A stretch of DNA of 64,000 nucleotides from an uncultured Alphaproteobacteria bacterium (GTDB lineage: Bacteria > Pseudomonadota > Alphaproteobacteria > HIMB59). The stretch spans positions 21,530 through 85,529 of the forward strand of contig CACLVL010000001.1 of the NCBI GenBank assembly GCA_902610415.1, written 5' to 3'. Position numbers and translations under genes: made by a program. Positions 33,849 through 42,094 of the stretch are shown in pieces. The notes below the pieces were generated by a model. That model was not told the origin of the DNA. It saw only the letters and a list, made by a program, of their open reading frames with translations, and ran no database searches. Numbering within the stretch: the stretch's first letter is position 1; each line of letters opens with the position of its first letter.

Positions 33849-35294
33849 CTAGTCCTCAACAACCATTGTATCTTTTGAGCCACCGCCCTGTGAGCTATTT
33901 ACAATAGTACTACCTTTTTTCAAAGCGACCCGAGTTAAACCACCCATAGTCACGTAAGTCTCCTTGCCAGATAATATAAACGGCCTTAAGTCTTGATGCC
34001 TAGGCTCCATACTACTTCCTTGAAGTGTAGGAGTGGTTGATAAAATTTCCAAAGGTTGAGCTATATAGTTTCTTGGGCTGTGCTTAATCTTTCTGGCATA
34101 TGTATCCCTTTCTGATTTTGTAGCTTTAGGCCCAACTAATATTCCATAGCCACCAGAGCCATCAGCAGGTTTTACAATCATTTTTGACAAATTGGCTATG
34201 ACATGATCTCTTTGCTTTTTATTATTACATAAAAAAGTTTCTACTTGATTAAGTTTAGGCTCTTCATCTAAATAATATTTAATCATTTTTGGAACATAAG
34301 AATAAATAACTTTATCATCAGCAACACCACTACCTGGGGCATTGATTAGACCTACATTTCCTTTTCTATAGGATTTGTACAAGCCAGCAACCCCCAAGAG
34401 TGACTCTTTGTAGAAAGTTTTAGGGTCTAAAAAAGTATCATCAATTCTTCTGTATATGCAATCTACTCTAAGCCCCCCTTTAACTGTCTTCACATAAACT
34501 TTATCATCTTCTACATACAAATCCTTTCCTTCGACCAATGCAATTCCCATTTGCTGAGCTAAAAAAGAGTGTTCAAAATACGCAGAATTATAAACTCCGG
34601 GAGTTAATACAACCATTGTTGGAGTATTTTTTTTATAAGGAATGGCATCTACCATGCAATGATATAACCTATTGCAATATTGATTGATGGAGGAAACTCT
34701 ATAGCGAGTAAACAACTCAGGGAAGACTTCTCCCATTACCATTCTGTTCTCTAACATATATGATACGCCTGAGGGGACTCTCAAATTATCCTCTAAAACT
34801 AAAAACTCCCCCACTATATTTCTTATTAAATCTATTCCAGAGATATGAGACCAAATTTTTCTTTTAGGTTTGAAACCTTCGCATTGTTTTAAATAATTTT
34901 TTGAGTCAAAAACTAATTCATAGGGTAATACCTTGTCTTTAAAGATTTTTTTATCATTATAAACATCGTTGATAAAAAGATTCAAGGCCTTACATCTTTG
35001 AATTAACCCTTTTCTAACTTTCAACCATTGTGACCTTAATATTATTCTTGGTATAATATCTAATGGCCATTTTTTTTCTTCTGCAGCATTTTTATCAGCA
35101 GAATAAACTTTGAAATTAATGCCTCTGGAACTGATAGTGCTTTGACAATTTTTTTCAATTTTAATTAAATCTTTACTTGTATAATTATTTAATATTTTCG
35201 AAATTACTTTTGCTTCTTTTCTGAGTTTTCTATCAGATGTAAGATACTCATCATAACTATTTTTAGAGTTGTAATTATCCCAACTTATAGACAC
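33849..35294 (-). CDS. Circularly permuted type 2 ATP-grasp protein
   Basis: LEDNLRVPSGVSY, NSAYFEH, YRRIDD, DLRPF, GLTRVAL, NSSQGGGSKD. Confidence 0.92.
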   Translation of the reverse strand: MSISWDNYNSKNSYDEYLTSDRKLRKEAKVISKILNNYTSKDLIKIEKNCQSTISSRGINFKVYSADKNAAEEKKWPLDIIPRIILRSQWLKVRKGLIQRCKALNLFINDVYNDKKIFKDKVLPYELVFDSKNYLKQCEGFKPKRKIWSHISGIDLIRNIVGEFLVLEDNLRVPSGVSYMLENRMVMGEVFPELFTRYRVSSINQYCNRLYHCMVDAIPYKKNTPTMVVLTPGVYNSAYFEHSFLAQQMGIALVEGKDLYVEDDKVYVKTVKGGLRVDCIYRRIDDTFLDPKTFYKESLLGVAGLYKSYRKGNVGLINAPGSGVADDKVIYSYVPKMIKYYLDEEPKLNQVETFLCNNKKQRDHVIANLSKMIVKPADGSGGYGILVGPKATKSERDTYARKIKHSPRNYIAQPLEILSTTPTLQGSSMEPRHQDLRPFILSGKETYVTMGGLTRVALKKGSTIVNSSQGGGSKDTMVVED

Positions 35295-35399
35295 ATTTAT
35301 AAAATACAGTAATTGACAGTTACTGGTTATGCATTGTTTAGATTGCTAATATGTAAATATTCGTTTGTATTTATTTGAAATAAGCTATTTAATTAACTT

Positions 35400-36125
35400 A
35401 TGACTTATTGTGTTGGCATTAAGGTTAATGAAGGAATGGTTTTCGCATCTGACAGAAGAACTAATGCAGGACTTGATAATTACAATTCATACTCAAAAAT
35501 GTATGTGCACAATGGTATTGATAGAAATATTATTATTTTAACATCAGGAAATTTAGCCACATCTCAAGCTGTTTTTAATTCAATAAACAAAGATTTAGAA
35601 GACCCCATCAATGGAAATAGCCTAAATAATCTTTATAACCTCAATGAAATTGCTAAATACATTGGAAGATTGACTGTCCAACACTCTTCCCCAGATGGTA
35701 TAAATCAAGTAACTTTAGAGCTTGGATCAACGTTTATTGTAGGAGGACATATTAAAGATCAAGACTCTGATCTTTATTTAGTTTATCCACAAGGAAATTT
35801 TATTAAATCAAGTGATTTTAAACCTTATCTTGTAATTGGTGAAATAAAATATGGTAAGCCAATATTAGACAGAGTTGTTAAGTCTGATACTTTTCTAGGA
35901 GATGCCGCGAGATGTGCATTGATAAGTATGGACAGCACTATGAAGGCAGACTTGTCTGTTGGACCTCCTATTGATTTAGTGGTCTACAAAAACAACATGT
36001 CAAAGATTGTTTATCAACAATCTTTAGAAGTCAGTGATGATGATTATCAGTATATATCTAAGCAATGGGAAAAAGGAATATTTGAAATTTTTAAATCTTT
36101 CGATCGTTTTAAATGGGAAGACTAA
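35400..36125 (+). CDS. Proteasome-type Ntn protease (Anbu)
   Basis: MTYCVG (Thr1), SD.RTNAG.D, GNLATSQ, YPQGNFI, GE.KYGKPILDR, SVGPPID. Confidence 0.9.
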   Translation: MTYCVGIKVNEGMVFASDRRTNAGLDNYNSYSKMYVHNGIDRNIIILTSGNLATSQAVFNSINKDLEDPINGNSLNNLYNLNEIAKYIGRLTVQHSSPDGINQVTLELGSTFIVGGHIKDQDSDLYLVYPQGNFIKSSDFKPYLVIGEIKYGKPILDRVVKSDTFLGDAARCALISMDSTMKADLSVGPPIDLVVYKNNMSKIVYQQSLEVSDDDYQYISKQWEKGIFEIFKSFDRFKWED

Positions 36126-36128
36126 CTT

Positions 36129-36791
36129 TTGACTATATACAATAATGATAAAACTTTTTTTTATAAATTAAAAAGTAGTTGTAAAAAGCAGTGGTCCCAA
36201 TACACGGAACACAGATTTTTGGGGGAATTAATTAATAACAAACTTCCAACAAGAAGTTTTAAGAATTACTTAATCCAAGACTATATTTTTCTACAACAAT
36301 TTCTTAAAATCCTATCATTGTGTGCTTTTAAATCTAAAAACTATCAAGAGATGCAAAGATATATAAATTTTATATTTGGTATCAAAAATGAAATCAATCT
36401 CCACATTGGGTATTGTAAAAAATGGAAAATATCACAAAAATTATTGAATAGTATAAGAGTAGAAAAATCTAATTCAGATTATACTAATTATGTATTAAAA
36501 ATTGGAAAAAAAGGAGATAATTTTGATATTCTAACTTGTCTTTCTCCATGCATCATAGGCTATGGAGAAATTGGATACAAGTTGTCTCATATAAAAGATT
36601 GGAAAAAAAGTAAGTATAGATCTTGGGTGGAAATGTATGCTTCAAAAGAATACCAAGAGGTAGCCAAAGATAATATTTATTATCTTGATAAACTTAGAAG
36701 TGAAAATCCTTCAAAAAAAATTAGCGATTTAAAAAAATTATTCAAAAAATCAACTATCTTGGAGAGAGATTTTTGGGAAACATTTGTATAA
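36129..36791 (+). CDS. tenA: TenA family thiaminase II / HMP salvage protein
   Basis: YLIQDY, PCIIGY with catalytic Cys, Y..W..MY, LE..FW. Confidence 0.85.
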   Translation: MTIYNNDKTFFYKLKSSCKKQWSQYTEHRFLGELINNKLPTRSFKNYLIQDYIFLQQFLKILSLCAFKSKNYQEMQRYINFIFGIKNEINLHIGYCKKWKISQKLLNSIRVEKSNSDYTNYVLKIGKKGDNFDILTCLSPCIIGYGEIGYKLSHIKDWKKSKYRSWVEMYASKEYQEVAKDNIYYLDKLRSENPSKKISDLKKLFKKSTILERDFWETFV

Positions 36792-36793
36792 GA

Positions 36794-36952
36794 ATGGAAC
36801 CGTCTCCCTTCATAGCTAACTTATCAAGTTTAATTGTAATTACGCTCGCATTATTCTCTTTTTATCTAATGGCAACCAATAAAGGTAACTACGTGGATAT
36901 AGTATTTGCTTTTATTTTAGGAATAATACTTTTTTTGAAGATTATTTATTGA
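36794..36952 (+). CDS. 52-aa two-TM small protein
   Basis: Not in ORF track. MEPSPFIANLSSLIVITLALFSFYLMATNKGNYVDIVFAFILGIILFLKIIY; starts 2 bp after the tenA stop. Confidence 0.6.
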   Translation: MEPSPFIANLSSLIVITLALFSFYLMATNKGNYVDIVFAFILGIILFLKIIY

Positions 36953-37026
36953 CAGCATCCATCACCGCAGGTGCAACAACATGGGCAAGAGCATCCACAA
37001 TCTGGATTAGGTTTATTGTTTTCCAT
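36946..37026 (-). CDS. 26-aa Cys-rich peptide (metallothionein-like)
   Basis: Not in ORF track. MENNKPNPDCGCSCPCCCTCGDGCCQ, 9 Cys; stop overlaps the convergent ORF. Confidence 0.7.
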   Translation of the reverse strand: MENNKPNPDCGCSCPCCCTCGDGCCQ

Positions 37027-37027
37027 T

Positions 37028-37045
37028 ATGATTATTAATAATCAT
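37028..37045. promoter_or_regulatory. Perfect 18-bp palindrome (candidate operator)
   Basis: ATGATTATTAATAATCAT immediately upstream of the Cys-peptide ATG. Confidence 0.5.
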
Positions 37046-37077
37046 TTTTATTAAAATTTACAATAAAAGTAATATGT

Positions 37078-37728
37078 TTGAAATTAGGTTATTTTTTAGC
37101 TAGTTTTTGCATTAATATGAATACTCTTCTTAAAGGCATTGGTAACTCAAAAGATATTGAGATATTTTATGATAAATGGTCAAATTCTTATGATCAGACT
37201 TTGTATAATTGGAATTATAAGGCTCCAAAACAATCAGTAAATATCTTAAAAAAATTTGTTAAAAAGAAACCAAGATATCTTCTAGATCTAGCATGTGGTA
37301 CTGGACTTTTTGTTAAAGAGTATTTGAAAACTTACCCTAGTTGCATATGTGATGGCTTAGATATTTCAAAAAAGATATTAAATTTATCAGAAGAAAATGG
37401 AAAATACAGAAGACTTTATAAAAAGAGTTTTGAAAAAAAAATTAACATATCTAATAAATACAACATAGTTAGTTTAATTGGTGCAATGACATATTGTAAA
37501 AATCATCAAATACTTTTTGATTTAGTTTCTTATTATCTTTATAGAAATGGTTTTTTTATCTTTACTCAAAGGGTAGATTTATGGAAAGTTCTCAATTTTG
37601 GCAATGTATTGGAATCTAGATCTGATTTTAATTTGGTATACAAATCTAGACCTTTAAACTATCTCCCAAAAAATATGGATTTTGGTTCAAATATAAAAAT
37701 TAGGATAGTCTTATTATCTAAGAAATGA
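37078..37728 (+). CDS. Class I SAM-dependent methyltransferase
   Basis: FYDKWS..YD, LDLACGTG, GLDIS; true start is probably ATG 37117. Confidence 0.85.
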   Translation: MKLGYFLASFCINMNTLLKGIGNSKDIEIFYDKWSNSYDQTLYNWNYKAPKQSVNILKKFVKKKPRYLLDLACGTGLFVKEYLKTYPSCICDGLDISKKILNLSEENGKYRRLYKKSFEKKINISNKYNIVSLIGAMTYCKNHQILFDLVSYYLYRNGFFIFTQRVDLWKVLNFGNVLESRSDFNLVYKSRPLNYLPKNMDFGSNIKIRIVLLSKK

Positions 37729-37913
37729 TTTGGGAAATTGTATTTTGGTTATTTTTAATTCCTTTAGCAATTTGGGGACTTCATAAGTTATTTAGATATA
37801 GTGCTATTGGTATACCATTCATAAGAAAGAACAAAAAATTATATTGGGTATTTATGATTGGATTAGTATTGATAATCAACTTTCTAGTAGATAAATTTTA
37901 TCTTATAAATTAA
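37725..37913 (+). CDS. Small membrane protein
   Basis: Two hydrophobic segments; ATGA overlap with the upstream gene. Confidence 0.6.
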   Translation: MIWEIVFWLFLIPLAIWGLHKLFRYSAIGIPFIRKNKKLYWVFMIGLVLIINFLVDKFYLIN

Positions 37914-37915
37914 TT

Positions 37916-38101
37916 ATGTCAGCTATAATTGAGTTAACTAAAAACCCTAATTTGATGTGGTTTGTTTCATTTGGTTGTTTAGCTATTACATTTGCTACAT
38001 GGCGTATAAGCCAAAATAACGATAAATGGACAATAGCTTATGAAAGTTTTAAATACCTTACTGCAGGATGTCTTTTGTTTATGTTTTTCAATATGTATTA
38101 A
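37916..38101 (+). CDS. Small membrane protein
   Basis: Two hydrophobic segments; 2-bp gap from the upstream gene. Confidence 0.6.
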   Translation: MSAIIELTKNPNLMWFVSFGCLAITFATWRISQNNDKWTIAYESFKYLTAGCLLFMFFNMY

Positions 38102-38125
38102 TAAGCTATAGTACTTTTTTAATAT

Positions 38126-38162
38126 GCCGCCGTAGCTCAGTGGTAGAGCACACCCTTGGTAA
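38126..38162 (+). repeat. 5' half of tRNA-Thr(GGT), att-like direct repeat
   Basis: GCCGCCGTAGCTCAGTGGTAGAGCACACCCTTGGTAA is identical to 40879-40915 and ends at the anticodon loop. Confidence 0.95.
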
Positions 38163-38360
38163 TTATGTTCTAATGTGGAAAATAATGGAAGGAGTTAGAC
38201 AAATCGTTAAAAAATAAGAATTGTCTGTAATAGTCAGGAAAGCTAAATTGGACAAAATTGGATAAAATTTAGGGGTGTCTATCTGGCACTCCCTAACCTC
38301 TAAAATATATTTATTAGTAAGTGTTTATTCTAGATACCCACTTAATAATTTACTAAAATT

Positions 38361-39305
38361 ATGAGAATGAGAACCCTCTTAGCTCTATTGTTATTAATTC
38401 CTAGCTTGAGTTGGGGATTGACATTTAAAAGTGATGGTTCAATTGTGGATAGAGACGGTAATGAATTACAATCCGCTAGTGAAATAGTAAAAGATGAAAA
38501 TAATCAAAATTACTCATCACAACCTAATATCAAAGGTTTAAATCTCACAATTAGTGTTCCTAACGTAAATCCCGATCAAATCTTTTATAAAAATGGAAAA
38601 GAAATAGGAAGAAAAGTAAATGGCATAAATGTTGTAAGAGAAAAAGAGGGTTTTCCAGTCTTTGCTGGTAAAACAAGTATAGAGTTTAAAGTTACGAGAT
38701 TTGATGCTGGATGTAATAAAAGTGGCAATTACTGTGATGAGAGATATGGAAGAAGTAGACAAGAATATTTAGATAGATATAAAAAGTTAGAAAATACAGA
38801 ATATATTTATGAGTGGGCAATTTTTTTTCCTTCAGACTATAAGTCATTAGTTTATGGGAATGTGATTTACGGTCAAATGCATTATGACGACGAAGAAAAA
38901 GGATGTTCAAATGCAGTTTCATGGTGGTTTCATGATCGAAAAATAGTCAGTGAGAATAAAAGTGCTTTACATTTTTCTAATAAATCTGATCCCTCACCCG
39001 CATATCCAATAATTGATTTGGAAAATGAATTAAATCAGTGGCATTTTTTGAAAATTCACATTAGATATGCAGAAAATAAAAAGGGCAAAATTAGACTTTA
39101 TAAAAATAATGAGCTTGTAAAAAAATATGATGATGTAACAACATTAACTAAGGGTTGTTCTAAAGGTTTTTTTAAATTTGGTATTTATAGAAACGGTCAT
39201 GAGAGATATTGGATAGATGGAAATTTCGATGATCTTCACACACAGACAGTGTATTATGACAACGTTTATGTTTATAAACCAAAAAAAGATGAGATATTTA
39301 ATTAA
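38361..39305 (+). CDS. Secreted polysaccharide-lyase-like jelly-roll protein
   Basis: Signal peptide; RSRQE, YEWAIFFP, GQMH, W, FKFGIYR, VYYDN pattern of the Polysacc_lyase/heparin lyase I-like family. Confidence 0.7.
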   Translation: MRMRTLLALLLLIPSLSWGLTFKSDGSIVDRDGNELQSASEIVKDENNQNYSSQPNIKGLNLTISVPNVNPDQIFYKNGKEIGRKVNGINVVREKEGFPVFAGKTSIEFKVTRFDAGCNKSGNYCDERYGRSRQEYLDRYKKLENTEYIYEWAIFFPSDYKSLVYGNVIYGQMHYDDEEKGCSNAVSWWFHDRKIVSENKSALHFSNKSDPSPAYPIIDLENELNQWHFLKIHIRYAENKKGKIRLYKNNELVKKYDDVTTLTKGCSKGFFKFGIYRNGHERYWIDGNFDDLHTQTVYYDNVYVYKPKKDEIFN

Positions 39306-39723
39306 AATTGTTGTCCTATTTTTATTAATTCCTAGTTTGGCTTGGGGAAACAATATGAAGTTCTTGGTTTGTTATGAAAACTTTGATGAATTACAAAGTA
39401 TTGGGTTAACACTTAATACAAATACTAAATTGTTTACTTCATATCACTTTAAAAATGCTGATGGAGAGTATTTCTTAAATAGTTATACAAGCTCGAATAA
39501 TAGATACATTGAGTCTGTCGATTATTTTAGATTAAAAATAAAAAGTTTTTTTGGTTCTAGAACTTGGGGTGTGAACAGAAAAGACTTAACTTGGGGTGAA
39601 ATTCCTTATGGTTCATTAAGACCATTAGATCAGGGTCAATGTAAACTAATTGATACAGAACAAAATTTAATTAATAGTCTGGAAACAATTATAGAAGAAA
39701 ACTTAAAAAAAAATAAAATATGA
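39289..39723 (+). CDS. Secreted hypothetical protein
   Basis: Start moved to ATG 39289, giving signal peptide MRYLIKIVVLFLLIPSLAWG. Confidence 0.7.
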   Translation: MRYLIKIVVLFLLIPSLAWGNNMKFLVCYENFDELQSIGLTLNTNTKLFTSYHFKNADGEYFLNSYTSSNNRYIESVDYFRLKIKSFFGSRTWGVNRKDLTWGEIPYGSLRPLDQGQCKLIDTEQNLINSLETIIEENLKKNKI

Positions 39724-39750
39724 TGAATAATAAATAGGTTATTTATTGTA

Positions 39751-40092
39751 ATGTTTGTTTTAGTATTTTGGCCTTTCAACGTCATTGCTTGTATTGCAGC
39801 TATTGCTGGAGTTCCTAAATTAATAGGCTACATATGCACAAAGTTAAATATTGAGTCAGATTTCATTGCACCAGTATCAATAATTTTAGGGATATTCGTT
39901 GCTTACCAAATATCAAAACTTACACATATTTGGCCTTGGAGCGATTTTGCAGAGAAAGATAAAAAGAAAGTAAAAAAGATAGATAAAAAACATAAGTGGA
40001 TTTTTGCTATTGATAGTATCTTGGATGACTTAGGAATAGCTTTTTTGGCACCTTTTGCTTTAATTTTTTTGTTAGTATGGATACTAAATTAA
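39751..40092 (+). CDS. Hypothetical membrane protein
   Basis: Three hydrophobic segments. Confidence 0.6.
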   Translation: MFVLVFWPFNVIACIAAIAGVPKLIGYICTKLNIESDFIAPVSIILGIFVAYQISKLTHIWPWSDFAEKDKKKVKKIDKKHKWIFAIDSILDDLGIAFLAPFALIFLLVWILN

Positions 40093-40164
40093 CACAATGA
40101 ATAGAACTGCAACGTAGTTTGTTTTGTTGGTTATATAATTTATAATTAGTTTTGATTATTTAAA

Positions 40165-40419
40165 ATGAAAAACGAGTCCTTTGAGAGTAAATATTTATTT
40201 AGAACTTTTGCTGCTTTTATGACAGTGATAATAATTTGGGCTGCTAATGCCGATTACTTTGAGGGTTTTGATACAATTGCTTATGTTGGGATGGGAGTTG
40301 TATATTTTGGAGCAGCTTGGGAATTTTATAGAGTCAAGAGAGATGAAAATAAGGATGAAATTAATGACCTTAAAAACGAGATTAATGAACTGAAAAAGAA
40401 AAATAATAAAAGAAATTGA
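40165..40419 (+). CDS. Hypothetical protein (2 TM plus coiled coil)
   Basis: Hydrophobic pair, then EINDLKNEINELKK heptads. Confidence 0.6.
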   Translation: MKNESFESKYLFRTFAAFMTVIIIWAANADYFEGFDTIAYVGMGVVYFGAAWEFYRVKRDENKDEINDLKNEINELKKKNNKRN

Positions 40420-40766
40420 CAAAAATAATTCAATTCAAACCTAAAAAGAAAAAAACACCTGTTCGAAAACATGCAAGAAGAGGCTTATCTATCATAGATA
40501 AATTTAATGAAATTAATAAACAATGGCACGAGAATGAGAAAAAATTCATGCCTCATTGGAATGAATTTAAAGGACCTGAAAGAAAATATTGGAAGGAAGC
40601 CTTTAGAATTTATAGAGCTCAAAATAAATTATTAAGATTAATTTCAACAAAAACTGAACTTAAAAAACAAATTAAAGATGACCTACGCAGATATGAAAAG
40701 AATTTTATTAAACAAAATAAAGGCTATTACAAATTCATAGAGTCAATTAAGAGGCTGGATAAGTAA
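40416..40766 (+). CDS. Basic hypothetical protein
   Basis: TTG start overlapping the upstream stop; KIIQFKPK N-terminus. Confidence 0.55.
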   Translation: MTKIIQFKPKKKKTPVRKHARRGLSIIDKFNEINKQWHENEKKFMPHWNEFKGPERKYWKEAFRIYRAQNKLLRLISTKTELKKQIKDDLRRYEKNFIKQNKGYYKFIESIKRLDK

Positions 40767-40878
40767 TGATAAACATTGGTTCAGGACTTCTAAGAAAAAC
40801 CGCATAAAAGTGGATAATTTTTTTTAAATAAATTGTAAGTTGTTAAAAAGCTATATAAATATATTGTTTTTTAACTAT

Positions 40879-40953
40879 GCCGCCGTAGCTCAGTGGTAGA
40901 GCACACCCTTGGTAAGGGTGGGGTCGGAAGTTCAATTCTTCTCGGCGGCACCA
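40879..40953 (+). tRNA. tRNA-Thr(GGT)
   Basis: 75-nt cloverleaf GCCGCCG/CGGCGGC ACCA; anticodon arm CACCC-TTGGTAA-GGGTG. Confidence 0.97.
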
Positions 40954-40959
40954 ATTTAA

Positions 40960-42075
40960 TTAATTTTCCTTAGTTTTCTTATATTCAAGTTTTCTTAATT
41001 TCTTCTTTAATTTGTTAATTTTTCTTGATTTTTCGATATCATAATTTGCAACAACCTCTTTTTTTAGCTTAGCTATTTCCTCTTCAATAATTTCAATTTC
41101 GCTTTTTTTATAGAAATATTCTTGCTGAGCCAACTTGCTAAGATTTGAGGTAACTTCATCTTCTGTTTTGCCAATTCTTATCTCATCAAAATAGATAATT
41201 GTGGTTCCTCCATCTGAACCAATTGCCCAGATGTACTCTAACCAATTTCTATAAATTCCAAATTTAATATAAGCTTTATCACCTGCTTCCCAAAGGGTTG
41301 GACCATAATATTCATATTTTAAGATTCCATTTGCCCATACTTTATAAAAACCATCCTCTTTATGAGACCATTTAAAATTCATTAAGATATCGTTCCATCT
41401 TCCAATCATTTCAGCCTTTGTAATTGCAACTTTTGATACATTATCATTTGGTCCGTCGCATTTACAATTCGTGCCTTTTACATTATTAAAGGGTATGTAA
41501 TTAGCTTCTTTTGCTTCAAAATGAAATTTTTGAGGGTATTTTAAGATACCATTCTTATCTTTATTGTCTGTATGAAATTGGAACATTTTCAAACTTGAAG
41601 GAGAGATGGCTTTGAAGTCTTTAGGTGCATAAATTGAAAAAGAGTACCAGTATTCTCCACTGCCCCAAGACTGTCTTCCTGATAGTTCTGCCCTTTCAGA
41701 TTTACCATTAGTTCTTGTGCAATCATTTGCTGGTTGATTTTCCCAACCAACTTTATTTGGATTTTCGTCAGATCCTGCGCACTCACCAGGTCTCACTTCA
41801 AACCTGATGCTTAATTTCCCATCTCTGACTGGGTGTCCTTCGTCAGAAGAAACAATTTGAATTTGATGTTCTGTTCCTAATGTTCCTTCACTGATACTCC
41901 ATTTACATCCTAATCCAGAGGAAATATCCTCGGGAAGACAAAATGGTTCATTTTGATTAAAATTTTTAGTTATCGATCCTAATACTTTTTTTTCTGAAAG
42001 CTGTTCACCATTACTAAAAGTCAGTCCCCAGCTTAAATTAGGTAAAAATAAAAATAGGACAACAAACTTAATCAA
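40960..42075 (-). CDS. Secreted polysaccharide-lyase-like protein with C-terminal coiled coil
   Basis: SIRFEVRPG, ERAEL, YWYSFSIY, FQFH, GRWND, IKFGIYR, IYFDE. Confidence 0.75.
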   Translation of the reverse strand: MIKFVVLFLFLPNLSWGLTFSNGEQLSEKKVLGSITKNFNQNEPFCLPEDISSGLGCKWSISEGTLGTEHQIQIVSSDEGHPVRDGKLSIRFEVRPGECAGSDENPNKVGWENQPANDCTRTNGKSERAELSGRQSWGSGEYWYSFSIYAPKDFKAISPSSLKMFQFHTDNKDKNGILKYPQKFHFEAKEANYIPFNNVKGTNCKCDGPNDNVSKVAITKAEMIGRWNDILMNFKWSHKEDGFYKVWANGILKYEYYGPTLWEAGDKAYIKFGIYRNWLEYIWAIGSDGGTTIIYFDEIRIGKTEDEVTSNLSKLAQQEYFYKKSEIEIIEEEIAKLKKEVVANYDIEKSRKINKLKKKLRKLEYKKTKEN

Positions 42076-42094
42076 CTAATTAGATAAATATTAA

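Larger units (their letters stand above)
38163..40878. mobile_element. Island A between the 5' tRNA half and the intact tRNA-Thr (no integrase)
   Basis: Bounded by 37-bp identical direct repeats; five + strand cargo ORFs. Confidence 0.75.

Noticed and set aside
35295-35399. Sigma54 or NtrC site upstream of Anbu
   Set aside because: No GG-N10-GC spacing or TGCAC-type palindrome was found.
36792-37077. TPP riboswitch linked to tenA
   Set aside because: No CTGAGA/CCTGA core near tenA (the gap before it is only 3 bp); this region is explained by two small ORFs.
38126-38162. Second functional tRNA-Thr, or a trans-spliced split tRNA with 43973-44017
   Set aside because: Only halves are present, I see no complementary leader/trailer, and the 3' half has T-stem and acceptor-end defects; att remnants explain it better.
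39217-39288. Longer start for the 39217-39723 ORF
   Set aside because: It overlaps the upstream gene; the signal peptide begins at ATG 39289.
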